A stretch of DNA of 64,000 nucleotides from Phoronis australis (taxonomy: Eukaryota > Animalia > Phoronida). Within the stretch, counting starts at the first letter, position 1, and every line of letters starts with the position of its first letter. Below are positions 26,659 through 37,555 of the stretch, piece after piece. The stretch lies in NCBI GenBank assembly GCA_002633005.1, contig NMRA01000145.1, positions 533,873-597,872 on the forward strand, in the 5' to 3' direction. A program made the position numbers and the translations under genes. A model generated the notes under the pieces. The model made no database searches, was not told the origin of the DNA, and saw only the letters and a list, made by a program, of their open reading frames with translations.

Positions 26659-27721
26659 AAGAGAACGCCACCCGATTTAATTAATCTTTTTTACCGTCTT
26701 AATCGGTCTATATCCACATTGCCTCTTATACAGTCGACCTCACCTTGCCGAAAGGTGTCGCGTTAACCTGTGAGGAAGGTGAGAAACGACGTAGCGACGT
26801 CAATGGTTCGTCTGCAGAGTGAATGCCGCTATATTGCAGTGCATCGTTCCCGCTTGTCCGAAATATGAAGCTGCGAAAAAAGCGGGTATATCGTTTTTTT
26901 GACTTCCTCGAGAGCCCGAAGTGCTTAGGAAGTGGCTCGCGGTAGTGAAGAATGAAAGGTACGTTGTTAATAGCAAGTATGAGGCCGTGAAACATCTCCG
27001 TGTCTGTGGCCGGCATTTCGTGGACAGTGATTTCTCTGACGAATTCCGTACGTCTTACCAAAGAATTATCCATTCGTTCCGTTGCCTGTGCAGGTTCACG
27101 ACGCCTCTCTAATATTCCTTGATCAGTGTATTGCGGTTTTGGAACTGATAGCCTGTGGAACCTAACGATCCGACCCGTGAAGTCTTCGTCGGATGAGCTT
27201 GACTAAGTCGGGATTGGCGCAGGGCGAGTTGCCATGTAGACGTTTATTATTCTGCGTTCTGTTTCAAAATGAATTATTCTCATCCTAACCAATGCTTATA
27301 TGAAACTGAAACGAAGTCTGTCTCATTAGATACAATTTGTAACGCCTTTGCAGTATTCGTAAGTGTAAATTTTGAGAATCCAGCAATGAATAAACCACTG
27401 CGTTACCGGATACAGTTGCCAGCAACAAAGGTAACTGACCGGGCATCGAGGCCGTGTGAGCACATGCTAATTCAGTGTTTACTGACAGAAAGCTGTTGTG
27501 AAAAAAATACTCGATTTTATATGCTATGGTCACATGTTAGGGGTTAGAAATACAAATGCATTATTCAAATCACTGTTACTGTACATTGTATGACGGTCTG
27601 TGGTAGGGGAACCCGACTTCGCGGGTCCCGACAAGTTAGTAGATTTTCAGTTTCGTGGCTAATTCAAATAATTATGTGCACATTATCTCTTTGGCTCACT
27701 ATTTTTGGGTAGCATTCTCCT
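26659..27721. mobile_element. Kolobok-type deletion derivative (family B, copy 1) with THAP relic on + and second-ORF relic on -
   Basis: TTAA|AAGAGAACGCCACCC ... GGGTAGCATTCTCCT|TTAA. Plus strand reads CIVPAC...GISFFDF / LRKWLAVVK...LRVCGRHFVDSDF (THAP, frameshifted). Homologous to 39784-41317. Confidence 0.8.
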
Positions 27722-29399
27722 TTAAGGTGACTTTGGCGAAGAATTCCAACTCCACTTTTTAAGTTGCCGTTAACTTTTTCACCACGCGCGCAATAGCCAC
27801 AAGTATGTTAACAGAGTCACGTGAGTTAGGCAAAGGCTAGCTCGAGACTGTGCGAAGCGCGTGACGCTAGCGCGTGACACTTCCTTAATAGCAAGGAGTG
27901 TACTAGTACAGGAGAGTTCACTCCGCCACTTTACCATTCGCCGCAATGGTTACCGGTCGAAACACTAGCGCCCCAAGCGGTGAATAATCAACACTAGTTA
28001 GGAGCGCAGTCCGAACAATGTAGACACTGATAAACTCGTACTTTATTGACATTCAACGTGCAATAAAATTACTGTGTGATTGAAAATTGTTAGAATACAT
28101 AAACTAACATCCACTTACAATAGAATGAGAAAGAAAATGTGTACTTTAATCAATATTAAAGTGAATTTGTTTTTATTCTCTTGAAGCTAGGGGGTACCAG
28201 GCAAAAACCAAGTGGGCGCCAAATGGGTGTTGACCCCCTCCCAGGGGGAGGGGGTTACATGGGAGGAGTGCTAAACAGGTAAAAACCAATGGGTATGTAT
28301 GCCACATGGGTGTTGAGCCCCTCCCATCGTCACACATTTTGGTTGCTCCCCTGACCACTGACAAACATGTTGCTCCCAGCTCACTGCTGGTTTCATCTCC
28401 ACCCAATAATTTCGCATGTGTTCCCTGTTCAATGAACCAGGCTACTAGCAATGCAGACAATTGTTTTGTGCAGTGGGTGTTACACAAGTGAGAAGAAGAA
28501 AACAAGGCAATTCATCACTACCATAAAATCGTAATACAATTTTAGAACATTCCATTATTTCTTAGAGATGCCAGTATAGGGCTCAATCCCACTCTCCCAC
28601 TCACCAACAGTTACAAGTCACTTGATAATCTGCAGAATAGCTCACATTTTACAAAATGAAGTAACATTGAGTATATCATCACTCCTAACTAGTCAAAATT
28701 CAAATGTCATGACAAAAAATTAAGAGGTATTGAACAGCAATCAAAATATTCATTACCCACATAGCTTCAAACAAAACTGAACTAAAAAGACTTGGATGAT
28801 AAAACCAAAATTTTATTTTATATACCCACTGTTTCTATTATCAATAACAGTGAGTAAATATTTCAGGTAAGTTAAAGCCAGATCACAAAGTTATATCTGA
28901 TACCTAGCCACTGACAACTGGGGCTTAAATTAATCACAATCTCCAAAAACGTTTAAAGTAGGAAACACATACACCAACCAATACAACAAGAAAATCTGAC
29001 CAACCTTGTCACTCTCTATTAATTCACTCGTAAACAACAGCAGTTTTTGCCAAAGAAATGCGTTATAAATAAAGCTGAAAACTAATTTATTCACAGAGGC
29101 GTTTGTCATCGAGAAGCAAAATGATATGGATAGCTTGGGTTTAACAAAATTTCAGCCCACCATTCAGACTCTGAATGATCCATCAGTTTTTCACTTTGGC
29201 TCTCTCCAAATCACAGGCTAACCATTCATAAAATGTTTCAATCTGATCAACCTTAGTAAAATACGAAAACCAGATTTTGACTAATTGTCCTTTCTACACG
29301 TGATGTTCCAGTACTTGCCTTGTGAGACGATAATCAGAAATGCAAAAAAGCCTATTCCAGACCTGTAATATAATTTCCGGAGAACTTTTTGACCCTGAC

Positions 29400-30346
29400 A
29401 TCTTCATTTTTGGTGGATTGGGGACATCAAATATTATTCGGGCACTGCAGTCAACACCAGCTTGTTCTTCATTCATGAACATGGACTCCTCGAAGTGATG
29501 AGAGCATAAGTTGCAGTTCTTGGACAAATAGGCTGCATCTCTATTCATAAGGTCAGCTCCCAGCGCTTGCACCTGAACAGAAATCAGTGACTGGGAGACT
29601 CAGGAACAAACCTCATACTCACTAGGCTCACATAAGACTAGTAGCCTACACTAAAGTACTGACACTACACTACAGAATTCCTGTCGTACTGTGATTGTGA
29701 TAGAGACAAAAGCGTTTTGGTTTCAACTGAAAAAAACTCGAACTCAAACATCGACCCACAGATATTTTAACAGGGCCTCGCCCCCGCATCATTGACACAT
29801 AGAATTAAGTTTTCAATGACGCACTGCTTACTTAATTGGTCCAACTGGCACATTAAAATTATGTTGATTTTTTTCACCTTTTCACCGAGACCCACAGATT
29901 CTCTAACTTGACTCATGACAGATTTGTGGCCCCACAGTGGCTGTGATGGTGCCATCATGATGGCCATGTCACCAGTCATATTACCCATGGCCACTGGCAT
30001 GGGTATGTTTTCCTAAATTATCCTTGCGATCGTACGGGTGACATTTTGATTTGTAATTCATGGACTCCAAGTATCCAAAAAGCTGACGATCACATCGTAC
30101 GTTCATCATAGTCCTTCCGCCGGCAGCCTAGCCTACACTGCAAACCGAACAGTGGCAACGAGAATGCGATCGACTTGTCTAACAACCGTGAACAACGCAC
30201 AAAATGAAAGACAATGTATCATATTATTGAATAACAGATAACCCTTACCTTTCTGGATCCTTAGGAAACCTAAAAAATGACAAGTCTGGGGTTTTCGTGG
30301 ATGAATTCATGCAATTTATCGCACTGCAAAATGCGTCCTTCCCCAT
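29400..30346 (-). pseudogene. Spliced THAP-domain transposase 5' remnant (exon 1 30249-30346; exon 2 from 29572)
   Basis: Exon 1 MGKDAFCSAINCMNSSTKTPDLSFFRFPKDPE-R with AG|GTAAG donor. Acceptor TTCAG|G, then CKRW, a frameshift, ADL...NLCSHHFEESMF and ...AVP..IFDVPNPPK. Confidence 0.8.
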
Positions 30347-30361
30347 TGTTGGCGCTTCCTG

Positions 30362-30501
30362 GGCTGAGTTGCATAAAACTTTAAAAGTTATACGCTGGAT
30401 AAGTTTGATTGTCAGGTGCATTGTTCAACAATAACAACGTGACGCGTGATAATGCTGCGTCATTATTGCTATACGGCGTATAACTTTTATGCAACTGGGC
30501 C
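30362..30501. mobile_element. PIF/Harbinger-type MITE nested in the P-like element
   Basis: CTG|GGCTGAGTTGCATAAAA ... TTTTATGCAACTGGGCC|CTG with 3-bp TSD. Second copy at 54591-54740. Confidence 0.8.
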
Positions 30502-33500
30502 CTGGTTGACAGTTGCTTAGTCACCACTTGGCGGCGCTAGTAGTAACGGTAACAGCGAACTCACAAGTGAACCCTCCTATACTACTACACTCCTTGATAA
30601 TAGCATGAGAATGTTTCAGGTGAAATTTGTAAGATTTGTGTCCTTTGAACTTATTATTCGTAAACATGCGTGATTTCACGTAACTTCCTCAAAATGGCAC
30701 CCGGTAAGAGAAACTAGAGCAAACCGCAACAGATTTTAATCGATTTGTTCAAATTATTTTGATTGAATCGTCTCCAGACTTATGTTATGAGTTGTTTAGA
30801 AGTCCATGTGCATATATGCATGTTCCATTTGATTTCATTTCCTGTATTTTGAAATTCTTAACTTTTTGTGAGGATGTACTATCGCCCCTGTAAGCCTGCG
30901 GCATCCAGGGCGATGTAATTGCCTATGCGAAACACTACTTCGGCCCCGCTCTTCGTCACCCATTTCCTGGCGGTTCGATCCGCAATATTCCGCTTTAGTT
31001 CATGGATGAAGCCGAACAACTCCTTAAATATTACATCACTAAACGGAGCCAAGACAAACGTGTCCCACAGAAGTTTCCTTGCTGGATAAAATCCGTCACA
31101 ATGAGATTCTTTTCTCACAAGCTCAGGTAAGGACGCCATGTTGATGTAACAAATGACGAGAATCTCAAAAACTCCCATTTGGTGGCACTGAACAGTTATA
31201 CTGCGGCCGCTGCTAATTTGCACTGCTAAAATATTAAAATCTAGGGGAAGGCCAGGCTTGGGGGCATTTTTTAGTTAGGTATTGATTGTAGGCCAAGTGA
31301 ATGTGGTTTGTTTGTATTTGTGAATATGCTGAGAATGAAAAAGGACACTTTCTCTGCTGTAGCTGCACTCTTCTTCAAGATGATGGCCTCCTGTTGCAAT
31401 TGTGCATTGCTGTGTAGCAACTGAGAAATTGGCCGCGATTTTAGGTAGCCCTCAAACAAGCCAGATTTGCCAAAAATAGTAGGTTGACAGTACTTTTGGA
31501 CCTCAGTTTTGGAATCGGTAGGAAATTTGTTTTCGGAATCTAATGTTGACTTTAGTCATGCATCGGCAGGTAAGTGGTAGTTTTGGGGGTGAAAAGTGTC
31601 GATTTTGCATTTTTTGCCCCTATTTTTCTTAGTGTAGCTTGGTTTCCACTGGGAGTGAAAGGGTAAAAAATACAAGAGAGAACAAAATTTCTGTGCTCAT
31701 CTGTAGGTCTTGTGATGTGAAATGACTCAAAACTTTTCTTTATTTGCATGCATTTTTTGACAGAGTGATATAAGGTTGAAGAGTCCATTGACGTGCGTTC
31801 TGATAGGCAACCCCTGTGAGAATTGTTCAGTGCCTCCTTTACTGCATGCAAATTTGAGATGCTAATGAGGGAGGACTTGACTACTACGCCATCTATACAT
31901 CGACGTAAAAGTTTAAATACCCGTGGCTGCGTGTGGGATGTTGCGATTTCGTGCGCTGAAGTCGAGATTTTCAAAGTACAATTACACCACTGTTTAAGGT
32001 TGCAAAGGGAATTTTTGATATTCTTCTGTAGAAAAAGCTTTACTCTCTCTGAAGAAATCATATGTTTCCTTTTAAATGAAACTTAACTCCTGAAATTAGT
32101 CCGGGGAAGGAGACCAAAAAAACGGCGGTTTAGCTAGTTGTTCCCTCCTGGTTATCTCTTCCTGGTTATATTGACCAAAAACAAGTTTCAATTGAGTAAT
32201 TTTAATTACTCAATTGAAACGATTAAAATCGTTAACCACGATATTTTGTTGGCTTGTAACGTTTGCACCCTTTTCTCGGCATCGGCAAGTCGACTTCATA
32301 TGATATTAGGAACAAGAGTTTTCAAAAACTCCTGGGTGAGTTTAACTGAAACTTTCAAATTTTAATATTTACTTATCAATCTCAAAAACACTGCTAGAAT
32401 TTTTCTTTTAAACGTTTAATTTTTGCGTACCGTAGGATAGACGAATACGACTGCTTTTTTACAAAAATACTTTTGCGACATAATCTGGCACATAAAGGAA
32501 AAGTAATCGAAATTCCTAACAGCGTTTTTGAGGTAAATTGTGAAGTTTTCATGAAAATCGGCCAACGGTTTATTTTGATTTGAATGCACCTTTCTTAAGA
32601 ATGAAATTTTAACTCAAAAAGGTGGTAACGTAATAATGGTAATGGCACATAAATATGAAACATACTTTCATAATCTCTGATCTTTTCCTTTCAGAAAATA
32701 TATACGCTTATTGTCGTAGCCTGATTTTTGATATATGAGTTAGAGTAGAGTTCACTGCATAAGGATTGAAGTAACCTTTAAATAACCAATTATATTTGTT
32801 ATACACTAGTGTAGATCGTCAAGTCCGGACATAAGGCACTCGTCGTTTGTAGTGGCTTACATGTATGTCAAATAGTTCTGGTCCAAGGAATTGTTGCATT
32901 CTGCTTCTACACTGTCCATTAGTCCATTTTCAAGTGACCTATCGCCAGGACTTTGAGTGACGGCTTAACCGACCAATCAGAACGCATCATTCTTGACACA
33001 TCTTCGTTTCCAGGCCGCCATTTTACACGACAAACAACACGTTGCCGGGTAAAACTTATTGTTTGTTTGTCGACATTATGCACGGGTGCGGAGCTTGCGA
33101 TAGGTCGAATTATGGAAAGAGTTTTCTTCTTGATAACTGGAAAAATGTCATGTTTGGTACGTCGCAACTCGGATGATGAACTCACAACAGGCTGCTGATT
33201 ACAGGTTCATTTTGGCCATAGTATAGTGTTGGATCTGAGACTGGCCTTTGTTAGTTGCGTCATTGTCGCAACTGTGGAAATGCAAGTTCAAAACCATAGG
33301 TTGAGAAGCGTGTCACATATTATGCTGGTGCTTAGTGGTGTGACTGAGGCTATTGTTACGACTACCTCCTGTGCTTTCATTCACCACCGCTAAACTAAAC
33401 GGAAAATGCCAGGACCTTTGCGTATTTCGCTAAGCCAGTAGGATTTAAAATAAGCGAGAACAATAGAGAAACAATTTCTCCAGGAATTTTGTGAATGACT

Positions 33501-35817
33501 TGTGAGTGACAACTCTCCGCAGGAAGTGTGTCTTGTCGCCAAGCAACAACTAATAGCTATTCTCACTTCTGCTTCGTCTTTTGCACTGAAATGTATTTCT
33601 TCATTGTTTTTACAATTGTGAAAAAATCAGTGTGGAGCAGATAGAGCTTGATGAACTGGAACGTTTGACAATATTCGGAAGTATCGTCGAATATGATTTC
33701 TCTGGATCGAAAATCAGCGATCAAGGAATAAATCACATAATCTTTACAATGATTATCATGATTTCAAAGTAGGGGATTTTTGAAGGTACATGTAGGTCTT
33801 CACGGGCGTTAGGGGCAGTTGACAACATATACTGCAATGGCAGATAGCAGTGATACTGTAAGTTACGAAGACTTAGAGAGCGAGCTTGACGAGTATTATG
33901 AATAGAGGTATGGAGATTGGGTTGACGACGACACCCAGGATATATGTGAAACAGAATTGGACCTGGGCATACCAGCAGACTTTGCGTGTTTGAGGCCATA
34001 CAAACTCAAAGCTCCCGCACCGACATCTCGTGGCGAATGAAGCCAAGTCGGAGCCTTCTCAGTCTGCGGACAGTCCTGATTTCGGAGCTGACATTTCTGA
34101 TTGGTAACTATGGTCATTTATTGAATCACGATTTAAGTTTTTAACCATTTTTTTCTTATCGAGTAATATGTACGTATTGTGTCTCGAACTGTAAATCTAT
34201 ATCCGAAGTTTTTACTTTGAATGTCAAACCCCAGTTGCAAATAGTGGCCACATTGATTAATTTTATTTCTTTTCGAATGTCCAGTGTTTGTCAGGAACGA
34301 TCATATCTATGTATTGTAATACTATCTGGATTTTATTTCTGGTGAAAGATACTCGTTTCTGTCCTGTTTGTTCCAAAACTTTGAAAGCCTCGTAATTCGT
34401 CAATTGTTTCGGTCCAGTGTCCACTCCAGCTCGTGTACCGGCTGTGGTCGTGACCTCAAACTTTTTGCAAAGCCTTTTACATTTTTATTATTGGGCATTG
34501 ACGCATGTGCTGAAAGCATGCGTTCCCATAAAACCTTGATCAAAAATAGACTGATGAGGATTTTCTTACTGCGATCACATTCATTGTCTCAATTTGATGC
34601 TCAATATGTGCCTCAACAACCTCGTTCCTAACAACTGTATAACACAATACACTCTTTTTGTCCTTCAAATGCACATACACGTGGGAGAAACTTTCATCAA
34701 ATATCCGTTTCAGCGACGGATCAAAGCATAATTTGTCAAAATTCCGAACACGCACGTTTCCATAATACTTAATCTCAGACAATTTTTAACTGACTCTTCT
34801 TCGAGACCACTGCGTCTCTCAGCTGGTGTAGACCAATGGCGGAGACCAGTCTTCCACTGATGGTGTCACACAATTTGATAAATGGGTCTATTTTTATTAC
34901 AAGTACTATAACACGAATTGAAAACGAAATACTTAAAGTATCACACCAAAATTGTTGCTGACCGAATTCAAGCATTATGAATATGGTGAGAATGGTTTAA
35001 ATAAAGGCGAGGCCTGAATTACAGATGCATTTCGTCCTGTTTTGGTGGCTAAAAACGAAAATGGAATAAAACCCTCATAAAACTGGTCTAATGATATTCC
35101 TTACCGTGATAAGTTCCCATTTCCGTTACCAACTCGAGGAACACTGATACAATGCATGGCAACTCCATCTGGTGGTTTCGACGCTCTTGCTGACAACGGG
35201 AAAAAGAACCCTATCACGGTAAGGAGTATTATGAGACTTATTCTAATAGAGTAAGAGACCTCATTCGATTTTCCGCTTCACAGCTAAAAAGGTTGAAATT
35301 CAGCTTTATGCAGCGTTAAACCAAATGTGTTTGCGAAACAGCAGCGAATAGAATTTTTCCCCTCACACAGTTTGTGGATTTATATGTCCCCATTCGTAAG
35401 CTCACACTAGCGTGTAATATCTTACTGGTATCCGTTCAGTTATCTTCACAACTAACCTCATGCGATACTCTCAGACGAAAAATGCATTGTACATGTAATA
35501 TCGGGCATCGAAAGCGATGTCAAGAGACCATTTCGGCTTTTGATAAGTTTTCTTCCTTTCGGCTTCCTCAGCTCCTCTTTGGTAAACTATTTTTGGGTGG
35601 ACTCACGAAAGGAAGTTTACAGTTTAAAATATAAAAAGTGGCCTTATGTCACGAAGTGGATCACCTAAAATCAACGTAATTAAGACTGCCAAATAAAGTG
35701 GCTAGCACGTGGTGCGATCAAAAACTTCCTGGCCGATGTTAGACGGAATTGAACTAGACGTTGAAACCAATTTTCAAAGAGATTTGGAGTTGTTATTGCA
35801 ACAGCACTGTACATTAA

Positions 35818-36143
35818 AAAGGTTATAAACCCACGTTCTGTCCAAAAAGGGAACGTTTGATTTAGACTAGCTACAACTAAGCAGTTAGCCTTGTTCTTTA
35901 ATCAGATGAGTGATTGTCGGTTTTACAAAGAACTGATAGTTCGTTGTTCCTTGTGACCACGCTCCAACGGTGACTCACGTGATAAGCAACTTGTACAGCC
36001 TGGTCTCGTGCAACAACGAACTATCAATTCTTTCTGATCTTTGAAATCAACTCAAACTTGATGAAAGCATATTTTCACGCCAATTTCAGAACACCAAGTC
36101 ATCAAAATAAAATTTGTGGTGAAAGGCGGGGTTCATAGCCTCT
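35818..36143. mobile_element. Kolobok-type MITE with internal inverted repeat
   Basis: TTAA|AAAGGTTATAAACCC ... GGGTTCATAGCCTCT|TTAA. Internal arms GAACTGATAGTTCGTTGTT / AACAACGAACTATCAATTC. Confidence 0.65.
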
Positions 36144-37555
36144 TTAACTATGACAAAATGGCGGATGGTGAGTTTAAAACACTATAGGCAATCCTAATCG
36201 TGTACTTAGACATTTTACTGTGACAAACTGGTATAACTATTTAAAGTAAGGTTTTGAAACAAGCTCACAAACATTTTATAAACCAGGTAAAGGAAAAAGT
36301 GCTCGTCAAGACTAAAACGCCATCTATAGGACACTAGAGACATTGGCCACAATGATCACACGTTTTCCCACCCCACTATGTGCAAGGTAGCGCATCACGG
36401 ATTCATATCCGTATACCAAAACAAAAGTTGCTAAAAGAAACATAGGTTTCACATGAATGGGCCATTGTCCTTGAATACAAATAAGCGTGAGTACCAAAAA
36501 CAACCAGTTACATCCAAAACGTTAGGAAATTTGCTTTTGAATACTATAATTCACTTAATTAACTAAACATTGTTTATGAGTATATTACGGACTCAATCAA
36601 AGAAACCTATGGCGTCTATAAATATCCCGTTAGAAAGGACTACTTTTGCTTCCAATATACACATGCGTTGACTTTATAAAAACAGCCCATCCTTGTTCGT
36701 TCCTCATAAATTAACGTATCATTACCGCAGTAATCTTCTCGTACAGTATCCACACTTTTTTGTGTTTTGAAAGAAAAATAGTCATAAAAATGCTTGCCAT
36801 GAGCTGGAACGTAAACTTAAAAGTACGAGATAAAACGACGGGCAACTTAAACAAAACATCTGGCCATAAAAACAGTGCACATTAAACAAGGGCTTTTCTG
36901 ATAATCAAATTCAATGTTTACAGCACAAACAAAAATTGGAAATCTTAATTTAAATGCGTCACCAGTGAGTACGATACAACAACAAAATCACATGGTTAAC
37001 CAGTGTCGTGCAACATCTTCGCGGAATGAAGGAATTTTCTCCCGAACCGTGCACAGTGGGGATACTTTGAAAGGATACTAAGCCAATCCTCGTTCTGTAA
37101 CCTGCTAATGCGCCACTTTGCGTCAATCTTCTACGTTAAAAGCATGAAACAATTAAAACATCCGTAGTCCATATGCCACATATTGGACATTATGGTCCTT
37201 CGTGGGTGGTGTTTTACCGCAGTGGTCGTCCAATTCGCTATTCGAAAGGAGTTTTCAAAAATTTCTCCAAACTTTTGAGGGTTGTCGATGGTTACAGAGC
37301 ATTGCTTTGTTTCAGAGAACTGGGTGGGAAACTCGTTTTCAGTATCTGTCGATAGGTCAAAACCGGGTTTGGTATCCTTTCAAGTTTAAAAGCAAACGAA
37401 ACGTCCGATTTATTGAATAAATAAACTGTTACGGACAAGAAATGTTATCATCCAACGTATCTTAGGTTCATTTTGTGTAAATTCTGACTTCTCCTGCACG
37501 TGTAATACATGCGCAAATGTCAAAAGCTAAAACTTTTAATCCATGTTCAACGCCC

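Larger units (their letters stand above)
27892..30596 (-). mobile_element. P-element-like non-autonomous transposon (~2.7 kb)
   Basis: 30-bp TIR CAAGGAGTGTACTAGTACAGGAGAGTTCAC / GTGAACCCTCCTATACTACTACACTCCTTG. 7-bp TSD TTAATAG/ATAATAG with one mismatch. Carries THAP exons. Confidence 0.8.
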
